Program-made: the position numbers and the translations under genes | DNA from: a bacterium | Lineage (GTDB): Bacteria; Moduliflexota; Moduliflexia; Moduliflexales; JAUQPW01 | DNA length: 64,000 nt | Assembly (NCBI GenBank): GCA_030550175.1 | Contig: JAUQPW010000004.1 | Location: 21,211-85,210 of the forward strand | Direction of reading: 5' to 3' | Notes under the pieces: generated by a model | Databases searched by the model: none | Told to the model about the DNA's origin: nothing | The model's input: only the letters and a program-made list of their open reading frames with translations | In this document: positions 28,822-38,780 of the stretch, one piece after another | Layout: every line of letters starts with the position of its first letter | How positions within the stretch are numbered: the stretch's first letter is position 1

Positions 28822-29628
28822 ATGAGATTGTTCTGGAACAATCTGCGGCAAGACCAACTACTGGAGTTATTCTTTATCATGCTGGCAAGTACCCATCAAC
28901 GGGCACTACTTCTTGATTACGACGGAACCCTGGCACCATTTCGTATCCAACGGGATCAAGCGACTCCATATCCCGGTGTACGTGAGGCCTTAGAGGCCCT
29001 CTTCGAGGCTCGTCACACTCGTATTGTCTTAATTACCGGACGGTGGATAAAGGATTTGCTTCCGCTTCTTGGACTCAAGCAACCTCTGGAGATTTGGGGT
29101 TCTCATGGTTGGGAACGTCTGATGCCAGACGGTACTTATGAAATAGCTAAATTGGATGAATGGGCTCTACAAGGCCTTACTGAAGCAAACGCATGGATCG
29201 AAGCAGAAGGTCTCAGAGACCGTTGCGAACAAAAACCTGCCAGTCTTGCTCTTCATTGGAGGGGATTAGAACTGAAGGCCGTTAAAGAAATGCGTGAGAA
29301 AGTTCTGAAGAACTGGTCACTGCTTTCTTGGGAGACAGGACTCACCGTGCACGAATTTGATGGTGGGATTGAACTTAGAGTTCCCGGAAGAAGCAAGGGT
29401 TTTGCGGTGGAGACAATTCTTTCGGAAATGGGGGAAGATACTGTGGTGGCCTATTTGGGAGATGATCAAACCGACGAAGATGCCTTTAAAGCTGTCAAAG
29501 GAAAAGGACTTGGTATCCTGGTTCGTGAAAAGTTCCGCCCAACCCGTGCAGATATCTGGCTAAAACCCCCTGAAGAATTGTTGGAATTTTTCTCGAATTG
29601 GGAGCAGGCTGGTAAAAAAGGAAAGTGA
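28822..29628 (+). CDS. otsB: Trehalose-6-phosphate phosphatase (HAD family)
   Basis: LLLDYDGTLAP HAD motif I and GDDQTDEDAF motif IV. Sits immediately upstream of otsA. Confidence 0.75.
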   Translation: MRLFWNNLRQDQLLELFFIMLASTHQRALLLDYDGTLAPFRIQRDQATPYPGVREALEALFEARHTRIVLITGRWIKDLLPLLGLKQPLEIWGSHGWERLMPDGTYEIAKLDEWALQGLTEANAWIEAEGLRDRCEQKPASLALHWRGLELKAVKEMREKVLKNWSLLSWETGLTVHEFDGGIELRVPGRSKGFAVETILSEMGEDTVVAYLGDDQTDEDAFKAVKGKGLGILVREKFRPTRADIWLKPPEELLEFFSNWEQAGKKGK

Positions 29629-29629
29629 T

Positions 29630-31132
29630 ATGAAAACACAAGGGAGTCGCCTTATCATTGTATCAAACCGATTACCCATTGTTTTGACTCAAGGAGAAAA
29701 TGGGCAATGGAGTATCGAGCCTGGCTCCGGTGGATTGGTTACTGCGCTGGTTCCGATATTACGAAATCGTGGAGGAGTATGGATCGGTTGGTCTGGAATG
29801 GTGGAAGAAGAAAATGTAGATTTGGAAGAGCTTCTGGCCGATGCAACTAAAAAATCAGGATATACCCTTAAACCGGCCTCCCTGACAGCTGAGGAAAAGA
29901 GCAAATTCTATTATGGATTTTCCAATGAAATTATCTGGCCTCTCTTTCACGACCTTCAATCTCGTTGCAATTTTGATCCGACCTATTGGCTTGTTTATCA
30001 ATCAGTTAATCACAAATTCGCCCGTGTGATTGCTGAGAATATCAAGGAAAAAGATTTTATCTGGGTTCATGATTATCATCTGATGAACGTAGCGAAGGAA
30101 TTGCGTGCCATAGGAGTTACCTCCAAGATAGGATTTTTTCTCCATATTCCCTTTCCTCCATTGGATATCTTCATCAAGCTTCCGTGGCGATTTCAAGTTT
30201 TGCATGCCCTTTTGGAGTACGATACCATCGGATTTCAGACCTTACGGGATAGGCACAACTTTGTGCAGTGTCTCCGTATCCTGATCCGGGACATTACCTT
30301 ATATGGCAAAGGGCAAGTCCTTACGGGCCGTATTAAGAACCGAGAAGTCAGGATAGGTAGCTTCCCCATTAGTATTGACTATCGTGCATTCGCCAAACAG
30401 GCTACCTCCCAGGAGGTCTGTGAGAGAGCCCGATGTCTCCGTGAGGCTCTCCTGAATTGTCATATCATCCTGGGTGTGGATCGTCTGGATTATACCAAGG
30501 GGATTCCCGAAAGGTTGAAAGCCTTCAGGAATGCCCTCATCCGTTTTCCGGATTTGCAGCGGAAGGTCACACTTGTCCAGATAGTGGTACCCAGCCGTGT
30601 GGAGATTCCCGAATACTATGATCTTAAAGTAGAAATTGAACGTCTGGTGAGTGAGATCAATGGGCAGTTCACCCAACCTGGTTGGGTGCCGATTCATTAT
30701 ATCTTTCGGAGCCTGGAACGTACAGAACTCCTTGCCTATTACCGGGCTGCGGATATCGCCCTAGTGACTCCCTTGAAAGATGGGATGAACCTGGTTGCGA
30801 AGGAATACTGTGCCTGTAGTATATATGGAGATGACGTGTTGATTTTGAGTGAATTTGCCGGTGCAGCAGCTCAGTTACAGAGGGGAGCCCTTTTGGTGAA
30901 CCCTTATGACATTGAAGGAGTAGCCGAAGCAATTTATCGGGCCGTTAACATGAGTCAAGCTGAGAGACGATCTCGGATGCGGAAACTTCGTCGGTCCATT
31001 CGGGAACAGGATATTTTCTGGTGGGTAGACTCGTTTCTTCAAGCAAGTATTGCCCAGCATTTGGATGATTTTCCTCCCTTAGAGGGTTATGTGCCTTTAG
31101 ACGACTATTTACCTCAGGTTGACATCGAATGA
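29630..31132 (+). CDS. otsA: Alpha,alpha-trehalose-phosphate synthase (GT20)
   Basis: [27 protein letters not shown] and other GT20 motifs. Length 500 aa. Confidence 0.85.
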   Translation: MKTQGSRLIIVSNRLPIVLTQGENGQWSIEPGSGGLVTALVPILRNRGGVWIGWSGMVEEENVDLEELLADATKKSGYTLKPASLTAEEKSKFYYGFSNEIIWPLFHDLQSRCNFDPTYWLVYQSVNHKFARVIAENIKEKDFIWVHDYHLMNVAKELRAIGVTSKIGFFLHIPFPPLDIFIKLPWRFQVLHALLEYDTIGFQTLRDRHNFVQCLRILIRDITLYGKGQVLTGRIKNREVRIGSFPISIDYRAFAKQATSQEVCERARCLREALLNCHIILGVDRLDYTKGIPERLKAFRNALIRFPDLQRKVTLVQIVVPSRVEIPEYYDLKVEIERLVSEINGQFTQPGWVPIHYIFRSLERTELLAYYRAADIALVTPLKDGMNLVAKEYCACSIYGDDVLILSEFAGAAAQLQRGALLVNPYDIEGVAEAIYRAVNMSQAERRSRMRKLRRSIREQDIFWWVDSFLQASIAQHLDDFPPLEGYVPLDDYLPQVDIE

Positions 31133-31165
31133 GGGAATGGTTTTATAGGACTTTGATAAGGATTT

Positions 31166-32392
31166 ATGGAACATTTAGATATTCCGAAGTTTTTGGGACT
31201 GATGGTTATCATGCTGGGGGTGGCTAAACTGGCTGGTGTTCTGGCCCAGCGGATCAGCCAACCGGCAGTCCTTGGAGAACTAATAGCCGGGATGATCATC
31301 GGCCCTTCGGTTTTGGGGTTGGTAGATCCCAACATCGAGGTCATTCATCTCCTTGCCGAAGTAGGCGTGATTATCCTCCTCTTTGAGATTGGCCTGGAAA
31401 CCGACTTGAAGAAGCTGTTGCAGGTAGGAGGCGCTTCGACCGTGGTTGCCATTGTTGGGGTGGCCTTACCGTTCATACTGGGGTATATGGTTTGTTGGTT
31501 CCTGGGGTTAAGCAACCTGGTGGCGATAGTAGCAGGTGCCGCGCTAACGGCTACCAGTGTGGGTATTACCGCCCGTGTACTCTCTGACCTTGGTCGATTA
31601 CAGGAGCCGGAAAGCCAGATCGTATTGGGAGCAGCAATTATCGATGATATCATTGGACTAATAATCCTTACGGTAGTGGCCGGGTTGACCCAGGGCCAGG
31701 AGGTAACGATTTTCCAGGTAGTTAAAATAACCGGGATCGCCTTTGGCTTTCTGATTGTTACCCTGCTGCTTGGAAGTTTGATCGTTCCTCTTTTGTTTCG
31801 TTTTGTCGGTCAGATCGATCTATCCGGAACTCTTACCGTACCGGCAGTTATACTGGCCTTTAGCCTGGCATGGCTTGCCGATCAGGCCGGATCGGCCATG
31901 ATCATGGGGGCTTTTACTGCCGGGCTTTTACTGGTAAAAATCCCTCAAGCCCATGAAATTGAAGTAAGTATAGCCCATCTCGGGCACTTCTTTGTCCCGC
32001 TTTTTTTTATTTCAGTCGGTGCAGCAGTTGATGTACGAGTCTTGAATCCGGTAAATCCGGCTAACCGACAGACTCTATTGATTGGAAGTCTTCTTGTGAT
32101 CGCCGCCATATTGGGCAAATTCCTGGCAGGGTACGCACCGTTCTGGTTTCGAGGTAAGAAGAGTGTTATCGGTGTAGGTATGATCCCCCGGGGGGAGGTG
32201 GGTTTAATTTTTGCTCAGATGGGTTTAAGCAGTGGGGTCTTTAATGCAAGACTCTTCAGTGCCATTACATTGATGGTTATGGTCACAACCTTTATAGCAC
32301 CACCGCTTCTGAAATTCCTGTTTCCGGCCAAACATCCCGGACAGGAACCACCGGAACCGGAGGGAATCGAGGATCTGGTCACTAAACCGTAA
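31166..32392 (+). CDS. Cation:proton antiporter, CPA2 (Kef/NapA-type) family
   Basis: About 11 transmembrane helices with GLSxxxGAFxAG-type motifs. Length 408 aa. Confidence 0.75.
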   Translation: MEHLDIPKFLGLMVIMLGVAKLAGVLAQRISQPAVLGELIAGMIIGPSVLGLVDPNIEVIHLLAEVGVIILLFEIGLETDLKKLLQVGGASTVVAIVGVALPFILGYMVCWFLGLSNLVAIVAGAALTATSVGITARVLSDLGRLQEPESQIVLGAAIIDDIIGLIILTVVAGLTQGQEVTIFQVVKITGIAFGFLIVTLLLGSLIVPLLFRFVGQIDLSGTLTVPAVILAFSLAWLADQAGSAMIMGAFTAGLLLVKIPQAHEIEVSIAHLGHFFVPLFFISVGAAVDVRVLNPVNPANRQTLLIGSLLVIAAILGKFLAGYAPFWFRGKKSVIGVGMIPRGEVGLIFAQMGLSSGVFNARLFSAITLMVMVTTFIAPPLLKFLFPAKHPGQEPPEPEGIEDLVTKP

Positions 32393-32564
32393 CAGGTGGG
32401 ATCGGCTTTCATCCGGTCCATTAGAAATAAACCCGCTATTTTCATCCATCCTGGAGGGGAATACCTTTCGGCTCATAGATAAGTAACTCTATCCTTTTTT
32501 ACTTCACCGTCCGGTATAAATCCCCTCTAGAAGATGGGAGAAAGTGCCATTATCTTTTTATCTT

Positions 32565-34160
32565 CTATGGTTTCATCCTCTCTCTTTCCCGTTCTATTAA
32601 AACCCTCCGTAAAATCTTACCTGAAGCTGTTTTGGGGATTGTTTCCAGAAACTCAATTTCACGGATTTTCTTATATCCGGCAACCCGCTCTTCCACGAAT
32701 TTCATCAACTCTTCGGCAGTGGTATGATAGCTTTTCTTAAGAACCACGACCCCTTTGGGAACTTCTCCGGCTTCCGGGTCGGGTTTCGGGAAAACAGCAC
32801 AATCGGCTACGGCAGGATGTTGAAAGAGTACGGCTTCCAATTCAGCGGGGGCTATGCCGAACCCCTTATATTTGATCATTTCCTTTTTTCGATCTACAAT
32901 ATAGACAAATCCATCCTTATCGATTTTGGCAATATCGCCGGTGTAAAGCCAGCCGTTTCGAAGAGCCTGTCGGGTCGCTTCTGGGTTTTTCCAATAGCCT
33001 TTCATAATATGGGGTCCTCGCACGATCAACTCCCCGACTTCATCCGGACCTAACTCCTTTTCACCGGTTTCTATATCCACAATTTTCTGTTCCTGATCCG
33101 ATATACACAATCCCACCGATTCCAATTTGGCAAAATCTCCATCTACCGGGTTGGCATGGGTCAGTGGGGAGGCCTCGGTCAGGCCATAACCTTGAAGAAC
33201 CCGGACTCCGGTCAACTCTTTAACGATTCTACCTACTTCAGGAGCGAGGGGAGCGGCTCCGGTGAAAATAAACCGGAGGGAGGAAAGATTGTATTGTTTA
33301 ATCTCCGGATAATTGACCATGGCAATCAAGATAGGCGGTACTGCAAAGTGCATGGTTACCCGATACTTTTCAACTAACGTCAGAGATTCGACCATATCAA
33401 ATCGCTCCATGAGAACCTGCGTGGCCCCGGCATAGATGGAACTCCCCATGAGCATGGTCCCGTAGATATGATAGAAGGGAAGGAAAATAAGCAAAGTATC
33501 TCGATCGGTCATTCGTGAGGAGGAAATAAACTGGATATGATTGGTCACCAGGTTAGACTGGGTCAACATGGTTCCTTTGGGAAGTCCGGTTGTTCCACTG
33601 GAGTAAGGAAGGGCGACCAGATCCTCTCGCAGGTTTAGGTTGACAGGAGGCGGGCGTTTAGGAGAAGATTTACGAATAAGATCATCGAACGAAAGCGTAT
33701 CTTCTTCGGGCGTGGCTCCCACTACGATCACCGTCTTGAGTTCCGGCATATCGGGTCGGGCTTCCCGAACCACCGGATATAAAGTCTCATGGGTAATCAA
33801 GATCTTAGCCTCCGAATCATTGACCTGATAAGCCACTTCCATTTTCTTATAGGAGGGATTTAAAGGTGTTGCAACGGCTCCGATTCTCGCTGCAGCGATA
33901 AAACTAATAACCCACTCGGGTCGATTCATCATAAACAGCGCAACTTTATCCCCCTTGGTGATTCCTAAGCTCAAAAGGGCATTGGCCATGCTGTTAACCA
34001 GGGCGTCTAACTCTCGGAAGGTAATGCAAAGATCTTTAAAGATGATCGCAGGTTTATTTGAATACTTCTGAGCTGCCTCCCTCAGCATCTCATGATAAGG
34101 TATCTCCGGATATTCCAAGGAGGGTCTGAAAAGTGCGGATTTGAAAATTGGATCGGGCAT
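32565..34160 (-). CDS. Long-chain-fatty-acid--CoA ligase (AMP-dependent synthetase/ligase)
   Basis: LPYSSGTTGLPKG AMP-binding motif, YGLTE, and a C-terminal GKILRR. The ATG at 34160 (MPDPIFK...) is preferred over the upstream GTG at 34220. Confidence 0.8.
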   Translation of the reverse strand: MPDPIFKSALFRPSLEYPEIPYHEMLREAAQKYSNKPAIIFKDLCITFRELDALVNSMANALLSLGITKGDKVALFMMNRPEWVISFIAAARIGAVATPLNPSYKKMEVAYQVNDSEAKILITHETLYPVVREARPDMPELKTVIVVGATPEEDTLSFDDLIRKSSPKRPPPVNLNLREDLVALPYSSGTTGLPKGTMLTQSNLVTNHIQFISSSRMTDRDTLLIFLPFYHIYGTMLMGSSIYAGATQVLMERFDMVESLTLVEKYRVTMHFAVPPILIAMVNYPEIKQYNLSSLRFIFTGAAPLAPEVGRIVKELTGVRVLQGYGLTEASPLTHANPVDGDFAKLESVGLCISDQEQKIVDIETGEKELGPDEVGELIVRGPHIMKGYWKNPEATRQALRNGWLYTGDIAKIDKDGFVYIVDRKKEMIKYKGFGIAPAELEAVLFQHPAVADCAVFPKPDPEAGEVPKGVVVLKKSYHTTAEELMKFVEERVAGYKKIREIEFLETIPKTASGKILRRVLIERERERMKP

Positions 34161-34223
34161 AGAACGCCATATGAGAATATGAGGGTATGGGGAGTACTCC
34201 CACACTTCCCATACTCTCACATT

Positions 34224-35366
34224 TCATATCTTTTTCAAAACTTCGATGACAGCCTGAGCCGCCCGGTCAGAGGCACCGGGTTCTCCCAGTTTTTCCTTGA
34301 CTTTAGCCAATTCTTCTCGGATAGCCATCCGTTTGGCTGGATCCTTGAGAAGTTTGATGGCTTCCTGAGCAATCCGTTCGGGAGTTGCATCCTGTTGGAT
34401 CAGTTCGGGTACCACTTGCTTTCCGGCAACCAGATTGACCATTCCGATGTAGGGAACTTGGATGAGCCTTTTTCCCAGCGCATAGGTCAATGGGGACACT
34501 TTATAGGTAATGATCATGGGAACTTTTAAAAGGGCTGCTTCTATGGTTACGGTACCCGAAGCGACGATTAATAGGTCTGCAGCATTCATGGCTTCATAGC
34601 CTCTATTTTTTACGATTTGGACAGGAGTCTGTCCTGGAAATTTTAAGAGAAGCGTTTCCTGGATCGAAGGGGCCAGGGGGAGGATAAATTGTATCTGGGG
34701 AATTTGTTTTAAAATCAGATCCGCAGCCGATCGCATAACTGGATATAGCCGTCTGATTTCATTTTCTCGACTTCCGGGAAGTAGTCCGATAAGGGGGTGG
34801 GAAGGATCCAGTCCGTATCTCCTACAGAATTCGGTTTTGTTAAGTTCAGGTTTAACCCGATCTATGAGGGGATGCCCGACCCAGGTTACGTCAACTCCTG
34901 CCTGTTGGTATAGCTCTTGCTCAAAGGGAAAGATGACGATCATTTTCGTAACCAGTCTGGCAATGAGGTAAATGCGATTTCGACGCCAGGCCCATACTTG
35001 AGGACTTATATAATAGACAATGGGAATTTTAAGTTTTTTGGCGATTCGGGCCACTCTGAGGTTAAAATCGGGGTAATCGATCAGAATGAGCAGATCCGGT
35101 CTGGATGTTTTAAGGGTATGAAGGACCTGAAAATATACTTTTCGGATGGTATTAAGTTTTGCCAGAACTTCCCAAGCCCCCGTTACCCCCAATGGGGAAA
35201 TATCCCGGATCAGAGTGACTCCCTCTTTTCGCATATGAGTCCCACCGATTCCGTAAAATCTTCCTTCCGGTAAGTAGCTGCGGATAGATTTGACCAAATG
35301 GGCCCCATGAAGGTCCCCAGAAGCTTCCCCGGCAATGAGCATGATCTTCGGTGACATCAGAGTCAT
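34224..35366 (-). CDS. lpxB: Lipid-A-disaccharide synthase
   Basis: IMLIAGEASGDLHGAHL N-terminus and GT19 fold pattern. Length 380 aa. Confidence 0.85.
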   Translation of the reverse strand: MTLMSPKIMLIAGEASGDLHGAHLVKSIRSYLPEGRFYGIGGTHMRKEGVTLIRDISPLGVTGAWEVLAKLNTIRKVYFQVLHTLKTSRPDLLILIDYPDFNLRVARIAKKLKIPIVYYISPQVWAWRRNRIYLIARLVTKMIVIFPFEQELYQQAGVDVTWVGHPLIDRVKPELNKTEFCRRYGLDPSHPLIGLLPGSRENEIRRLYPVMRSAADLILKQIPQIQFILPLAPSIQETLLLKFPGQTPVQIVKNRGYEAMNAADLLIVASGTVTIEAALLKVPMIITYKVSPLTYALGKRLIQVPYIGMVNLVAGKQVVPELIQQDATPERIAQEAIKLLKDPAKRMAIREELAKVKEKLGEPGASDRAAQAVIEVLKKI

Positions 35367-35797
35367 AAAAGTTGTGTACCATATGTTAGAGAGGCGGTCA
35401 AATAAAAAATTTGATATGTGAAAGTACTTGACAGCGAAAATCTAATTTACTAGGATTATTCAAGTTACCATCGATCCTTTAACTTTGCATAAAATGCAGA
35501 TAGTTATTCAGCCATAAAGACGTTAGGACCTATATATCGAGGAAGTACTCTGCTATCGATAAGACTCCCGAGAGAGCAACTTTCCGGGGTAGGTTTTTAG
35601 TAACCTCTGGAGAGGTACTTCTATGTTTGTCTTCTCCCCCGGTTTTATAGAAATGGGAGAAGGGTCAAGGTAAAGGCCTGTTTAGGTATACTTCTGGAAA
35701 ACCTATCCTTGAAAGTCAAAGGATCAGAGGTAGGGGTCCTAGCAAGGAGAGACTCGACTCAAACTTTGCAAAGCAAGATTGCCGAAGTCAATCCGTT

Positions 35798-36481
35798 TTG
35801 CATCGTTTGGGTTCTCAGGTGAATTCGGCTGTGAAGATTATTATTCAATGCCCAGGTTGTAAGTCCAAGTACAAGATGGAAAAGGCTAAAATCCCGGATG
35901 AAGGAAAAAAAATAAGATGTCCTAAATGTACCCGAGTATTTATTGTAAAAAAGCCTAAAGAAACTGCGGGCTCTAAATCCGTTCCTCCCTCCTCAGTTCC
36001 CAAACAACCTCCATCGACGGAAAAACCAAAGGAAACCTCTAAACAGCCTTTTCTACCCAAACAATCCCCCTTATCCAGGCCGCAACCTGAACCGGTTAAA
36101 GAAGAGAAAAAAGGTTATGTTCCCTTAAAGGATCGGCCACGACCCATAACTTGCCGGGACCTTTTTGAAACCATGCATGAACGCTTTATTCCAGAAAAGG
36201 CCCAAGGCTTTGATGCTACCATCGCTTATTCTATCTCTGGAGATAGTACCGATAAGGGCGGAGAATGGACCGTCCGGGTGATCGATCAAAAATGTATTGT
36301 CAAGGAAGGGATTGATCCAACTGCTCCTACAAAAGTCTCGGTTAAGGCCAAGGATTATATGAAGATAGCTACCGGTAAAATGGACGGAAGGGTTGCTTTT
36401 ATGTTGGGTAAAATCAAAATTAGAGGGGATAAAACTCCTCTGGCCGGTTTTAGAGAATTATTCAGAAAACCAGAGATTTAA
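35798..36481 (+). CDS. MJ0042-type zinc ribbon + Pro/Lys-rich linker + SCP2 sterol-carrier-like domain protein
   Basis: CPGCKSKYKM...CPKCTRVF zinc ribbon, and a C-terminal SCP2-like region (DATIAYSISGDS...GKMDGRVAFMLGKIKIRGD). Confidence 0.55.
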   Translation: MHRLGSQVNSAVKIIIQCPGCKSKYKMEKAKIPDEGKKIRCPKCTRVFIVKKPKETAGSKSVPPSSVPKQPPSTEKPKETSKQPFLPKQSPLSRPQPEPVKEEKKGYVPLKDRPRPITCRDLFETMHERFIPEKAQGFDATIAYSISGDSTDKGGEWTVRVIDQKCIVKEGIDPTAPTKVSVKAKDYMKIATGKMDGRVAFMLGKIKIRGDKTPLAGFRELFRKPEI

Positions 36482-36561
36482 TAAGAAATGAGAGAATGGG
36501 AGTGGGAAGGAGGACCCTAGGATCGTTCAGACTTAGACTTCATAAAAGGAGGAGTATCATC

Positions 36562-37059
36562 ATGTCAAGTAATCGTATTCGCGTTGGTTTCATACTGGCC
36601 GGCTTTACCGGTCTGATCCTTGGAATCTTGGCGACTATGATATTGCAAAGTATCGTATCTGCCCAACAATCAGGGAATCGGCGTCTCGTGATTCGTCCTG
36701 AGAAGTCGCCGAAGACAGGGCTTCCCTTCAGCCCGGGAATCCTTGTGGGTAACACTTTGTACGTGTCCGGTCACCTGGGTCGCGATCCGGTTACTGCCAA
36801 GCTGGTATCCGGTGGTATCGAAGCCGAGACGCGCCAGGCACTCACCAATATAGGAGAAGTCCTGAAGGCTGCGGGGATGGATTTCAAAGATGTTGTATCG
36901 GTGACGGCTTACATCACAAGTTTCGAGGATTTTGCAAAATTCAACCAGGTATACGGCGAGTTTTTTCTCAGTGATCCGCCGGCCAGGGCCACGGTACAGG
37001 TTGCTGCGCTGAACGACGGTGCACGGATCGAGTTGCAGATGATTGCAGTCAAGCCGTAA
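36562..37059 (+). CDS. RidA/YjgF/TdcF family protein with N-terminal signal/anchor (exported RidA)
   Basis: The ATG at 36562 is preceded by AGGAGG. It has an N-terminal hydrophobic segment, then the RidA core (GHLGRDPVT..., ARATVQV). Confidence 0.7.
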   Translation: MSSNRIRVGFILAGFTGLILGILATMILQSIVSAQQSGNRRLVIRPEKSPKTGLPFSPGILVGNTLYVSGHLGRDPVTAKLVSGGIEAETRQALTNIGEVLKAAGMDFKDVVSVTAYITSFEDFAKFNQVYGEFFLSDPPARATVQVAALNDGARIELQMIAVKP

Positions 37060-37257
37060 GGGTAACAAAGGTAAATCGATGGAGTAGGGCGTGCCAGGCC
37101 GATGAAGAGGAATCCGGTTTGTGTGGTTTATAGAGAGTGAAATAGGTTTAGTGTTTGATGTTACTTAACGGTGCCCGCTTCCTACCTGCCGGCAGGCAGG
37201 GGTAATTCAAGCCTGTGCATGGTCCGTATTCCAGGCTTTCCCCTTTTTCTATATTCG

Positions 37258-37962
37258 TTACTCGCCCAGGTAGGCTTCGCGTACCCGCTTATCTCTTAGA
37301 AGGGCTTTTGCGTCATCCTGCATGACGATTTGGCCGGTTTCCATTACATAGCCTTTTTGGGCTAAATTTAAGGCCATATGGGCATTTTGTTCCACTAAAA
37401 ATATGGTCGTTCCTTCTTCGTTGATTTCCTTGATAATTTTAAAAATCTGCTCTACGATCATGGGGGCTAATCCCAGGGAGGGTTCATCTAACAACAGGAG
37501 TTTCGGTCTGGCCATGAGGGCTCTGGCTATGGCTAACATTTGTTGTTCGCCCCCACTGAGGGTTCCTCCGGCCTGCTTTTGCCTCTCCCTTAAAATAGGG
37601 AATAAAGAAAAAACATGGTCTAGATCTTCTCGGATCTTTGCTTTATCTCGTCGTAGAAAAGCCCCCATTTCTAAGTTTTCCAGAACGGTAAGGCGGGGGA
37701 AAATTCTACGACCTTCGGGAACTTGAGAGATTCCCATGGCCACAATCTGATCCGGCGGTTTATTCATGATGGGTTCTCCATTAAATTCGATTATTCCCTG
37801 GCGAATCTTATTAATACCACAGATAGACATAAGGGTGGTAGACTTTCCGGCTCCATTCCCGCCGATAAGACAAACAATTTCTCCCTGGTTTACCTCCAGG
37901 GAAACCCCTTTAAGGGCATGGATATGACCATAGAAGGTATGTACGTTATGTAATCGCAGCAT
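37258..37962 (-). CDS. livF: Branched-chain amino-acid ABC transporter ATP-binding protein
   Basis: Walker A GGNGAGKST, signature LSGGEQQ, Walker B LLLDEP. Confidence 0.85.
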   Translation of the reverse strand: MLRLHNVHTFYGHIHALKGVSLEVNQGEIVCLIGGNGAGKSTTLMSICGINKIRQGIIEFNGEPIMNKPPDQIVAMGISQVPEGRRIFPRLTVLENLEMGAFLRRDKAKIREDLDHVFSLFPILRERQKQAGGTLSGGEQQMLAIARALMARPKLLLLDEPSLGLAPMIVEQIFKIIKEINEEGTTIFLVEQNAHMALNLAQKGYVMETGQIVMQDDAKALLRDKRVREAYLGE

Positions 37963-37967
37963 GGATA

Positions 37968-38780
37968 TTAACCGTGTGAAATCTCTTTTCCCAGATAAGC
38001 TTCGATGACTTTGGGATCTTTCTGAACCTCCTTAGGAGACCCTTCTGAGATTTTTTCACCGTGATCCAGAACAACGATCCGATCCGAGATCCCCATGACC
38101 AATTTCATATGGTGTTCGATGAGCAAAACCGTGATGTCCCGAGCCCGAATCTTATCTATGAGGGACATCAGCATCTTGGTTTCCTGGGGATTCATACCGG
38201 CTGCTGGCTCATCGAGTAAAAGGAGATGCGGCTCAGTACTGAGGGCCCGGGCAATCTCCAGGCGTCGCTGGTCTCCATAGGGGAGATTTTTGGCCAGCAT
38301 CCAGGCTTTATCCCGAAGTCCCACAAAATGAAGTAAATCCATGGACTTAGAGGCCAGGTCCCTTTCTTCTTTTAGAACTTTAGGTGGTCTGAAAATAGCC
38401 CCTAAAACTCCGGAGTGGAGTCGGCAATGGGCTCCGGTCATTACATTTTCCAGGGCCGTCATATCGGCAAAGAGGCGAATATTCTGAAAAGTCCGGGCAA
38501 GGCCCCATTTGGTAATCTGGTTGGGTTTCACCATCTTTCGAGAGGAAGAAGAATAAATCTGAATAGGACCGGAGGTATATTTGGTATGGATGACAATCTC
38601 TCCCTTAGTGGGAGGATACATGCCGGTCACACAATTGAAAAAAGTTGTTTTCCCGGCCCCGTTAGGGCCGATCAATCCCACAATTTCCCCTTCATCGATA
38701 TAAAAATCGAGATTTTCAATAGCTTTAAGACCACCGAAGTATTTCGCAAGCTTTCGGGTTTCTAGTAACCGCATGATCAA
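37968..38780 (-). CDS. livG: Branched-chain amino-acid ABC transporter ATP-binding protein
   Basis: GPNGAGKTT, LPYGDQRRLEIARAL, LLLDEPAAG. LivG-type C-terminal extension. Confidence 0.85.
   Translation of the reverse strand: MIMRLLETRKLAKYFGGLKAIENLDFYIDEGEIVGLIGPNGAGKTTFFNCVTGMYPPTKGEIVIHTKYTSGPIQIYSSSSRKMVKPNQITKWGLARTFQNIRLFADMTALENVMTGAHCRLHSGVLGAIFRPPKVLKEERDLASKSMDLLHFVGLRDKAWMLAKNLPYGDQRRLEIARALSTEPHLLLLDEPAAGMNPQETKMLMSLIDKIRARDITVLLIEHHMKLVMGISDRIVVLDHGEKISEGSPKEVQKDPKVIEAYLGKEISHG

Noticed and set aside
34160-34220. Acyl-CoA ligase start at the GTG at 34220
   Set aside because: It would leave only 3 nt after the lpxB stop and adds 20 non-conserved residues. The ATG at 34160 gives the usual MPDPIFK-type N-terminus.
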